DNA of 30,266 nt from an archaeon (GTDB lineage Archaea > Iainarchaeota > Iainarchaeia > Iainarchaeales > Iainarchaeaceae): assembly GCA_038046625.1 (NCBI GenBank), contig JBBSVV010000050.1, forward strand, positions 1-30,266, given 5' to 3'. The notes under the pieces were generated by a model. The model was not told where the DNA came from. It did not search any database and was given only the letters and a program-made list of their open reading frames with translations. Below, piece after piece: positions 17,997-25,341 of the stretch; within the stretch, counting starts at the first letter, position 1, and each line of letters opens with the position of its first letter. The translations under genes and the position numbers were made by a program.

Positions 17997-18157
17997 TTGC
18001 TGCGAAGCAAACACACCATCAACGAAAATCACCGCACAGGTGATTTGGGTTGCTGCGAAGCAAACACACCATCAACGAAAATCACCGCACAGGTGATTTG
18101 GGTTGCTGCGAAGCAAACACACCGTCAACGGAATGCCCGTTAGGGTATTGGGTTGCT
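17997..18157. repeat. Tandem array of three ~53-bp hairpin modules
   Basis: Units start at 17997, 18050 and 18103. Units 1 and 2 are identical. Unit 3 keeps ttgctgcgaagcaaacacacc-R-tcaacg and ttgggttgct but carries a different internal hairpin. Confidence 0.92.
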
Positions 18158-18801
18158 CATTTGGCGGGCCTGTAAAGGCCTTTCGCGAATTCCTCGAGCT
18201 CGCCCTTGCTCATGGATTTGAGCATGGCATTGTTGTAGGAATGAATCATTTCCACCATTTCCATGAACGCGTCCTGGAGGTCATCCATTGCCAGGACAAC
18301 GCGCTTGGGGCTAAGGACCTCTACTGAGGTTGGGCCAAAGAAGTAAAGGAACCTCACCAAAGAGGTGAAGTCCCTGGCGCTCAGGTTCACTTCAAGGTAA
18401 GAGGTTACATGCCCATGCTCCGCCATAGGCTTTGCCCTGAAAACATCGTAAATCGTGTAGTTCTTGTCCGCCTTAATCTTCTTCTCTATTTCGTCCATGC
18501 TCTTCTTGAGGAACATTTCCTCGACCCCGCGGAACTCTATAACTGCGGAAATCCTGAGGTTGAAGGGGTCCTTTTCCTGGATATCCTTGCGCCTCTTCAC
18601 TGCCTCGGCAATGTTCTCCATGAGCTTGTACTTCTGCGGATAACCCTCGACCTTTACAACCTTGAGCCTGAGCATCTGCCTAAGGTTATCATTGAGCTCA
18701 TCAAACGGAATCCCGAGCTGCTTGTTCAGTTCATCGACAGTTTTCGGCGCGTTAAGCAAAAGCAACGCAACCCTTTTCTGCTCCTCGGTAAAACGGCCCA
18801 T
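18157..18801 (-). CDS. Conserved archaeal hypothetical protein with N-terminal winged-HTH-like domain
   Basis: LLLLNAPKTVDELNKQLGIP...LKVVKVEG is wHTH-like. The C-terminal domain has FGPTSVEVLSP. ATG 18801 preferred. Confidence 0.7.
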   Translation of the reverse strand: MGRFTEEQKRVALLLLNAPKTVDELNKQLGIPFDELNDNLRQMLRLKVVKVEGYPQKYKLMENIAEAVKRRKDIQEKDPFNLRISAVIEFRGVEEMFLKKSMDEIEKKIKADKNYTIYDVFRAKPMAEHGHVTSYLEVNLSARDFTSLVRFLYFFGPTSVEVLSPKRVVLAMDDLQDAFMEMVEMIHSYNNAMLKSMSKGELEEFAKGLYRPAK

Positions 18802-18878
18802 GCAAAACCTTACTCCAACCCTAAACTTTCCAATCCTATTACTTTTCTTTATTATATATAATAGCAAGCAACGCCAGC

Positions 18879-19021
18879 GCGGGCAACACCCCCGCAAAGC
18901 GGAATGGCTTACTTTATAGCAAACCAATAAAGTAATTCATGGATTTTCATGGTTCCTTGTCCCCTACGGGGACGAGGCCTAGTACCCATTGGGCACCAGG
19001 TGCTATCTAGCAGACCACCAT
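18879..19021. ncRNA. Candidate structured non-coding element (stacked hairpins and four-way junction), identity unknown
   Basis: At least five hairpins in 140 nt of an intergenic region. TATA-like TTATATATA at 18852-18860. Confidence 0.35.
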
Positions 19022-19038
19022 AAATGCCAAAAAAACTT

Positions 19039-19099
19039 TTGCGGCCTGCTATAAAATAAATTAACGATAGTATTTTTATAGTCGAGCAACAGGCCGCAA
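19039..19099. repeat. Long imperfect inverted repeat upstream of the EndoQ-like gene
   Basis: ttgcggcctg (19039-48) / caggccgcaa (19090-99) and ctataaaata (19049-58) / tatttttatag (19071-81). Confidence 0.75.
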
Positions 19100-19137
19100 C
19101 AAGGTTTAATACGCATTTCAATCCCCAAATATTGCGG

Positions 19138-20412
19138 ATGCCCGAACTCAACCTTGACCTGCAGATGCACGGGCTTTACGCCGGCGGGGTAAGCAAAAAC
19201 ATGGAAATCCCCGTAATGGCGGAGCAGTCGAAACTCAAGGGCCTTGATGCCCTGGTTACTGCGGACATCCTGCACAAAAAATGGTTCGAGCACGTGAAAA
19301 AAAACCTTGTTGAGGAAAGCAACGGGGTTTACGCGGATTTGAAGGGAAAATGCAATTTCATTGTCGGCGGCGAAGTCGAGGACAACAGGAGAATCCACCA
19401 CCTTTTCTACCTGCCCTCGCTCGAAAGCGCAACTGAATTAAGGGAAAAAATTTTGGGATTCGGGAACCTCGACTGCATACTCTGCGGCAGGCCAAAACTC
19501 AGGCTCAGCGCGGAGCAAATCGCGGAAAAGGTTGTTGAATGCGGCGGAATCTTCGGGCCCGCGCACTCATTCACGCCATACACCGGCATCTATGCTTTCT
19601 ATGATTCGCTCAAAGATGCTTACGGCGCGATGCACGAAAAACTCAAGTTCATAGAACTCGGCCTGAGTGCGGATTCGTACTTTGCGGATTTGATAAAGGA
19701 AAACCACTCATACGCGTTCCTCACAAGTTCTGACGCGCATTCCCCGTGGCCGAATCGCATAGGCAGGGAATTCAACAGGATAAAAATGCAGAAGCCGGAT
19801 TTTGCGTCGCTGAAAAAAGCGATTGAAGAAAAGGATGAGAAGCTGATTACACTCAATGCCGGCCTGGATCCGCGCGAAGGAAAATACCACGCAACCGCAT
19901 GCAACTCCTGCTTCGCAAAATACAGGATTGGAAAGGCGGAGGCCCTGAAATGGAGATGCGTCAAATGCCAGGGGGAAATAAAGCGCGGCGTGCGCGACAG
20001 GATCGAAATGATTGCGGACTTCAAGGAGGAAACCCACCCGGAATTCAGGCCGCCGTACCTGCATTTGCTCCCCTTGGCGGAAATAATACAGGCAGCAGTG
20101 AATTCCAAGGGCGTGAACACCAGGGCAGTGCAGTCACGCTGGCTCAGCCTCGTTGAAAAATTCGGGAACGAAATTTTTGTGCTCGTGGACGCGAAAGAAG
20201 CGGAATTGCGCGAAGCCGACAAGGAAGTTGCGGAAAAAATAATTGCATTCAGGAAAGGCTTTGTCCTTTACATCCCGGGCGGCGGGGGGGAATACGGCAA
20301 GCCAATAATCTGCTCAGGCGAAAAGGAAATGCTGGAAAAGAAAAAAGAGCTTTACAGGGAGCTTGAAGGAATCTCCGAAGAAGGAATGCAGAAAACCCTC
20401 GGGGAATACTAA
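19138..20412 (+). CDS. TIGR00375 / endonuclease Q family PHP-domain protein
   Basis: GEVED..RIHH, GRP, GPAHSFTP, ELGLSADS, SSDAHSP, GREFN, GKYH..AC..C...C..C, GVRDRI and PGGGGEYG motifs. Confidence 0.9.
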   Translation: MPELNLDLQMHGLYAGGVSKNMEIPVMAEQSKLKGLDALVTADILHKKWFEHVKKNLVEESNGVYADLKGKCNFIVGGEVEDNRRIHHLFYLPSLESATELREKILGFGNLDCILCGRPKLRLSAEQIAEKVVECGGIFGPAHSFTPYTGIYAFYDSLKDAYGAMHEKLKFIELGLSADSYFADLIKENHSYAFLTSSDAHSPWPNRIGREFNRIKMQKPDFASLKKAIEEKDEKLITLNAGLDPREGKYHATACNSCFAKYRIGKAEALKWRCVKCQGEIKRGVRDRIEMIADFKEETHPEFRPPYLHLLPLAEIIQAAVNSKGVNTRAVQSRWLSLVEKFGNEIFVLVDAKEAELREADKEVAEKIIAFRKGFVLYIPGGGGEYGKPIICSGEKEMLEKKKELYRELEGISEEGMQKTLGEY

Positions 20413-20430
20413 AAAATATAAAAGCTGGAA

Positions 20431-21204
20431 TTACCTGACGTAGCTTAAACCCGCGGCGGGCGCTTCCTCACCCTCGTCAAACTGCTTATTGAGCTCGGAA
20501 AAGGCCTTTTCAATTTCCTTGGCCTCCTTTTCCATTGCCTCCATTTCAACCGCGAAACCGTAACGCTTGATTAAAATCTCGATTATCTTCTTGGCCGCAC
20601 CCGGGTCGCCGTAAACAAGGCGCGTGCTCGTTTCCCCCATTAAACAGGAGCCATTCAGGCCATATTCCTTACCTATCCCGATAAGCAAACCCGCGGCACC
20701 GCTGATGAGGCCGACAGGCCTGTCATTCACCGCACCAAACTTTTTCCACTCCTCCATCTCCGCCTTGGTTGTGGACGCGACAATCACGTGCGGCTCGGAG
20801 TGGAGCCTCTTTTCACCGACATTCAAGCCGGCCAGTGTGCAGATTTTTGCCGCACCTCTTCCCTTCAGCGCCTCCACGATTGCGCGCGAAAACTCGAAAT
20901 GTTCCTCCATCGAGGAAGACCTCGAATCAAGCGGGGGCTGGACCGGCCCCGAAAGGAACAAGTAATCCGAGCCCTTGAAAGGGAAATAATGTATTTCGTC
21001 CTTAATGAGGCTCACAATGCCCTTTTCCGTCTGCACGCTCGGGGGGAAAAAATCAGAAGTTATTTCCGCAATCTTTTCAGCCTTGAACTGCTTCAGCAGG
21101 TAATCAACGCATATTTTTCCGACCAAGCCTATTCCCGGCAGGCCCACAAAAAGAGTCGCGTCCCTGAATTTCTTTTCGGAAAGGAACTTTATCGTGGTTG
21201 GCAT
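20431..21204 (-). CDS. PAC2 / proteasome assembly chaperone family protein (COG2047-like)
   Basis: GLPGIGLVGKI, ISGAAGLLIG, CLMGET, DPGAA and a C-terminal LSYVR. Conserved position after aIF2-alpha. Confidence 0.9.
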   Translation of the reverse strand: MPTTIKFLSEKKFRDATLFVGLPGIGLVGKICVDYLLKQFKAEKIAEITSDFFPPSVQTEKGIVSLIKDEIHYFPFKGSDYLFLSGPVQPPLDSRSSSMEEHFEFSRAIVEALKGRGAAKICTLAGLNVGEKRLHSEPHVIVASTTKAEMEEWKKFGAVNDRPVGLISGAAGLLIGIGKEYGLNGSCLMGETSTRLVYGDPGAAKKIIEILIKRYGFAVEMEAMEKEAKEIEKAFSELNKQFDEGEEAPAAGLSYVR

Positions 21205-21971
21205 TACTCCGACCTCACAAATTCAGCCTTGCCGCCCTTCGAAGAAATCGCGGAAATTATTTCGTCCGAAGACGCCTTCAGGATTTTCTCCGCGGACTTG
21301 TAATCAGTTGAAACGACCTTCACGGAATACTTTCCAGAACCCTCATAAGCGAAAACCGCCTTTTTCGCATTCTTCTTTTCCGCGTCAGCAAAAGCAGCCC
21401 TGATTTTTTCCGCGCCATCCGAGCCCGGAACAGAAATGACGAGCTTTCCGCGCACTTCCTTCTGCGGAATCTCGAAATTCTTTTCAATCAGCTCCAGAAG
21501 CGGCGCAACCCATTTTTTCGGGACGCCGGTCAATGCGGATTCCCCTTCAATGAGCGCCGCATTGAAGGCCGCGTAAAGCGAATCGTATTTCGCAAGCAGC
21601 GGCTCTGAAACCTCCTCCATTGCCTTTTCGGGCGTCTCCTTGAGCTGCACCGCAAGCAACTGAATGAGCTTCTGCGTCCTCTTGGTCTGCTTGTACTCTT
21701 CTACTTTCGCGCGCTGCGCACTCGTGGGGACCTTCGTAAGGGAAATGTCTATGTGCCTCTTCTGCATGTCAACGTTAATGACTTTGCCCGCGCGCACCTG
21801 GCCTTCCTTGACGACATTCCTTATGTTCTTTACCCAGCTGCTGCTGACCTCGGAAATGTGCACAAAACCCTGGAGAGTCCCGTACTCCATGAGCTCCATT
21901 AACACGCCGTAAGGCAGCACCTTAGTGATGCGCCCAATCACTATTTCGCCGACTTCCGGAAAATCATCCAT
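21204..21971 (-). CDS. eif2a: Translation initiation factor aIF2 alpha subunit
   Basis: FPEVGEIVIG, S1 domain GFVHISEVSSSWVKNIR, IDISL and YSVKVVSTDYKSAE motifs. Confidence 0.95.
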   Translation of the reverse strand: MDDFPEVGEIVIGRITKVLPYGVLMELMEYGTLQGFVHISEVSSSWVKNIRNVVKEGQVRAGKVINVDMQKRHIDISLTKVPTSAQRAKVEEYKQTKRTQKLIQLLAVQLKETPEKAMEEVSEPLLAKYDSLYAAFNAALIEGESALTGVPKKWVAPLLELIEKNFEIPQKEVRGKLVISVPGSDGAEKIRAAFADAEKKNAKKAVFAYEGSGKYSVKVVSTDYKSAEKILKASSDEIISAISSKGGKAEFVRSE

Positions 21972-21980
21972 ACGGAAAAA

Positions 21981-22175
21981 CTACTCCAGCACCTTCAGAA
22001 TCTTTGTCTTCAGGATTATTTTTGACGCGCCCGTCTGCGCGAGCTCCGAATTGCAGGCCACACAGCGCACCTTGCTCGAGGCCGCGCTGAAAACGTTCTG
22101 TTCGTTGCCGCAGGCCGGGCATTTTATGCGGTAAAACTTTGTCTTTGGATTAGGTATCAAATCGGCATTGCTCAT
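21981..22175 (-). CDS. rps27e: 30S ribosomal protein S27e
   Basis: PKTKFYRIKCPACGNEQNVF...VRCVAC zinc ribbon. Confidence 0.95.
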   Translation of the reverse strand: MSNADLIPNPKTKFYRIKCPACGNEQNVFSAASSKVRCVACNSELAQTGASKIILKTKILKVLE

Positions 22176-22729
22176 GAAATCACCTCAACAAGCTTCCTCT
22201 CCGAAAGGAGTTTCGCAATCTTTACGGGCAGTGAAACCACCGCGCCCTTCTGGAAAGGCCCGTAATCATCCATGTCCGAACCCACAAACTCGGGGATGTC
22301 AGAGAGAATCTTCACGGAAAGCTTATTTAAATCCTTCTTGTCCCCACTCCTTTTTGCGCCGCCCGAAAAGATTTCCTCGAGAAGGGAATTGTGCTTTTCA
22401 ATGGTGGAAAGGATTTCGTGGAACATTTTCCTCTCCTGCAGCGCCAGGTGCTCGTCACTTGATTCCTTTGTGCGCGAAGAAACAAGGGCGCGGTTCAGGA
22501 TCTTTTTTTCGCGCATCGCAAAAATCTCCTCAACCATTTTCTTGAGGTTCACGAAATCGCGGGCCTTGGTGGAGGAAAAATCCTTCAATGAAGCGAGGTA
22601 ATCCTGCTTCTCCTGCGAAAGGAAAGAATAAAGGCCATTGTAAAACTCGGGCTCGACCTCGACAAGCTTCACTGTATTCTTTTCCAGCCTGTGGATGCGC
22701 CTGATCTCATCGTAAGAAAGTTCAGCCAT
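22172..22729 (-). CDS. DNA replication complex GINS family protein (Gins15/Gins51-like)
   Basis: Helical A domain (EPEFY, REKKIL..A) and B domain VKILSDIPEFVGSDM..YGPF..G..V.LP. Conserved position after priS. Confidence 0.88.
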   Translation of the reverse strand: MAELSYDEIRRIHRLEKNTVKLVEVEPEFYNGLYSFLSQEKQDYLASLKDFSSTKARDFVNLKKMVEEIFAMREKKILNRALVSSRTKESSDEHLALQERKMFHEILSTIEKHNSLLEEIFSGGAKRSGDKKDLNKLSVKILSDIPEFVGSDMDDYGPFQKGAVVSLPVKIAKLLSERKLVEVIS

Positions 22730-23956
22730 TCAGCTCACCAGCTCCGCACTGCCGCGCGCCAGCAGATAAAATGCCGCAAAGGAAGGCAACGGCACTTCAT
22801 CGCCATTAAAAGGGCCAAACCACTCGCCATTCAAGTAAAATTTCGGGGCAACCGCCTTGGAAAGCTTCACTTCGCCCGAGGAAAAAACAACGCACTCCTT
22901 CAAAGGGTTATGCGATGGAAGCGCAGAAAGCGGAACCTCCTTTGCCTGCAAACCGGTTGAGCCGTGAAGCGTGTCCGGAACGCGGATTATCTTGTTTATG
23001 TCAATGGAAGTCTGCCTGTCTATCTCAAGCTTGTCCTCGGAAACCGCAAAGCCGAGCATTGAACCCCAGAAGCGCTCCGCATTTACCCCCGAACGGCCGC
23101 TAACCAAAAAACCCCTGTCCATGCTACTAATAAGCCCCTGCTTTTCTTTTAATAATTTCTTGGCCTGGGAAACCGATGCGGAGCCGAAAACCGCTATTTT
23201 TGAGGCGTCCCCCTCATTGAAAAGAGCCTCTATCCGCTCAAGGATGCGCTTTGACCAGCCCTTTGCAGCACCTCTCTTGGGGCAGGAATAAGCCTTATTT
23301 GAATAAACAAAGCCAAGGGCCTTCAAATCAAGGTTTGTTCCCGTGAGATAATCAAGCAGCTCGAGGCGCGCGGCCTTCGAAAAGCCCCTCACGGAAGCGC
23401 CGCGCACATGCACATGATAGCCCTTGCTGCCGGAAAAATTCACGGAAACCCCTTCCGAAAAAGAGAAATCCTTCTCAAGAACCGAAATGAGGTTCAATGA
23501 CTGCCGCCTCGTTTCCGCCAGGCAATCCGGGCAAACCCACTCCTCAACGCTTGTTCCGGAACCGCATTCCGCGCACACATCAACGTTGCCCTTTCCGGAA
23601 GCGCCGCACTTCGCATTCATGCATTGCCACGAGTCATGGGAAAGCTTGCAATCCGTTTTGATGTCATCCGCATCAAACTCATAAATCAGATCCGCGCCGA
23701 GCAAACCCTTCTTCTCCATCGGCCTGTCGGCAGGCCTTGAGTAAAGCGCGTCCGAATAGGAAATGTAGAACGGGGTTTTTTCGCGCAGAAAAGAATTCAT
23801 TTCAGCGGCATTCCTGAAAGCGAGGTGCCTTGAGGAAATCTTCTTCCCGAAAACCCCGAAGCCGAATTCCCTTGCGCTTATTTCCGGCACGGAGCCGATA
23901 GTGTGCGCACTATAAAAGCCGCGCAGCATCCCTTTGAGAAAATCCTCCGCCCCCAT
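22730..23956 (-). CDS. priS: DNA primase catalytic (small) subunit
   Basis: REFGF, RHLAF, GADLIYEFDADD, FSGSKGYHVHV, IDRQTSID and RVPDTLHGSTGL motifs. Confidence 0.95.
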   Translation of the reverse strand: MGAEDFLKGMLRGFYSAHTIGSVPEISAREFGFGVFGKKISSRHLAFRNAAEMNSFLREKTPFYISYSDALYSRPADRPMEKKGLLGADLIYEFDADDIKTDCKLSHDSWQCMNAKCGASGKGNVDVCAECGSGTSVEEWVCPDCLAETRRQSLNLISVLEKDFSFSEGVSVNFSGSKGYHVHVRGASVRGFSKAARLELLDYLTGTNLDLKALGFVYSNKAYSCPKRGAAKGWSKRILERIEALFNEGDASKIAVFGSASVSQAKKLLKEKQGLISSMDRGFLVSGRSGVNAERFWGSMLGFAVSEDKLEIDRQTSIDINKIIRVPDTLHGSTGLQAKEVPLSALPSHNPLKECVVFSSGEVKLSKAVAPKFYLNGEWFGPFNGDEVPLPSFAAFYLLARGSAELVS

Positions 23957-24059
23957 AATTTAGGTTGGCGGAAAACAATTAATAAAGCGTTAAGAAAAAA
24001 AAGAACGGGAAAAAAGGTAAAAAATTCCAATTAGCGTTATGTTGTGCAAAAAAGCCCGT

Positions 24060-24098
24060 TTATTTCCTTTTTGCTTTCTTTTTTTTCTTGGCTGCCAT
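24060..24098 (-). CDS. Putative 12-aa poly-lysine micropeptide MAAKKKKKAKRK, not in the ORF track
   Basis: ATG at 24098, TAA at 24060-62, SD GGGAGGT at 24107-24113 (8 nt spacing), leader hairpin 24119-24148, CTTTAAATAT at 24170-24179, and downstream T-tracts. Confidence 0.65.
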   Translation of the reverse strand: MAAKKKKKAKRK

Positions 24099-24239
24099 TG
24101 GCGCTAACCTCCCTTGAAAATTTTTTCACATTTTGTATGGAAAAAATTTAATTAACTAAGGGCCTTTCCATATTTAAAGTTTTGCAAACGCGCCTCAAAA
24201 TAATTTTTCCGTGCAATTGCGAAAAAAAATCAGGAAAAA

Positions 24240-25337
24240 CTATTCCGGTGCCGAAAATATTTTTTCCCCGCCGCTTGATTCCGGATGCGGCTTGGATTTT
24301 TCGCGGGTGTAAAACTGCACAGGGTGGCTCACATGGCAGTTCGCAACGCACAAATTATAGGAGCGCATCTTGTCGCAGCTCGGCGCACTGTATCCCGCCG
24401 CCATGCCCGCGGCGGGAGAGCGGCTCATCTTCGCTTCGCTCGATGAACCTAGCTTCGCGCCGGAGCCGACCAACCTCTCAACCTGGTAGCGCGTGGTTCT
24501 CTCGTTGAAGTTCGGGGTCTGCCTGTACATGTCTATTATTTTTTCCGGCTCCATGCCGATGGAGTAAAGGAAAGTTGCAATCGCGAACCTCGCGGAGTGG
24601 TTCACCTTTACCCCTGCTATAAGCTCGGAATAAATTTTTGCCATGCAAGGCGGAAAATTTTCCGGGGCAACGCCCCCGAAATCCGTCCTGGAGAACTGCT
24701 TCCTCGAAACCTCGGCGAATCTTCCTTTGAGCGAATCCGCGGCGCTTTTGAACTGCGCCGGCACGCCCTTCACGGGAACCGGCAGCGATTCGCGCAGCTC
24801 CTGCGCGACAATCATTGAAACGTGCCGCGCGAACAGGTTCCTGTCGAGGAAAACTTTTCCTTTGGAAACCTGGGCATTCGCGAGCTTCATGGAAGCCGAG
24901 TCAAGCTCCGGCCTGAGGTAATCTGAAATGCCTAGTTCGACAAAAAAAAATTTGTCCTCCGAAAGGTTCGCCTTGAGGCCGAGGTCCATCGCGATGCCGA
25001 GGAGAACGTCGCTCTTTTCATTCTCGAGATTCAGAAAAACAGAATCGGAAACCATTGAGCAGAATTTCCTGTACAGCTCGAAGCGGTCAATCATTGAAAC
25101 AAGTATTTTTGCGGCAGGGAACGCAAGAATCTCGTCAAGGAGAAGCCCGGGGGATGCCTCGATGCGCGGGCCGTAATTTTTTTCCTCAAAAGCCGAGGCA
25201 ACCATTGACCCGGCTCGGCGCAGGACGCTTTCCGGAATGTCCTCGAGCAAGTATCCCGACTGCTTTACGGCCATCTTTGCGGCCGTGGAGAAAAAATATT
25301 TCTGCGCAAACCTAAGCTCTTCAACCGGTTGCGGCAT
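24240..25337 (-). CDS. priL: DNA primase large subunit
   Basis: FPPCM, HSARFAIATFL, PNFNERTTRYQVE and YSAPSCDKMRSYNLCVANC..HP (four Fe-S cysteines). Confidence 0.93.
   Translation of the reverse strand: MPQPVEELRFAQKYFFSTAAKMAVKQSGYLLEDIPESVLRRAGSMVASAFEEKNYGPRIEASPGLLLDEILAFPAAKILVSMIDRFELYRKFCSMVSDSVFLNLENEKSDVLLGIAMDLGLKANLSEDKFFFVELGISDYLRPELDSASMKLANAQVSKGKVFLDRNLFARHVSMIVAQELRESLPVPVKGVPAQFKSAADSLKGRFAEVSRKQFSRTDFGGVAPENFPPCMAKIYSELIAGVKVNHSARFAIATFLYSIGMEPEKIIDMYRQTPNFNERTTRYQVERLVGSGAKLGSSSEAKMSRSPAAGMAAGYSAPSCDKMRSYNLCVANCHVSHPVQFYTREKSKPHPESSGGEKIFSAPE
24393..24468. repeat. Palindromic element inserted in-frame in priL
   Basis: tcccgccgc/gcggcggga (24393-24417), tcatc-ttcgcttcgctc-gatga (24425-24446) and cggctc/gagccg (24421-24468). 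Coincides with a ~20-aa low-complexity insert. Confidence 0.6.
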
Positions 25338-25341
25338 GCTA

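Noticed and set aside
17997..18157. Canonical CRISPR array
   Set aside because: Only three units, two identical inserts, inserts are short and self-complementary, and no cas genes are in the window. Kept as an unexplained repeat array.
18909..18950. Minus-strand micro-ORF MKIHELLYWFAIK
   Set aside because: The SD-like AAGGA is too close to the ATG and the sequence is better explained by hairpins. No independent support.
18870..19021. tRNA, 5S rRNA, SRP RNA, RNase P RNA or HDV-like ribozyme
   Set aside because: Only short word matches (GGGCAACACCC, GTACCCATT, CAGG...AGCA, GGCTTAC, terminal CCA). No T-loop, CCGAAC loop, GNRA-capped SRP helix 8, GAGGAAAGUCC or nested pseudoknot could be built.
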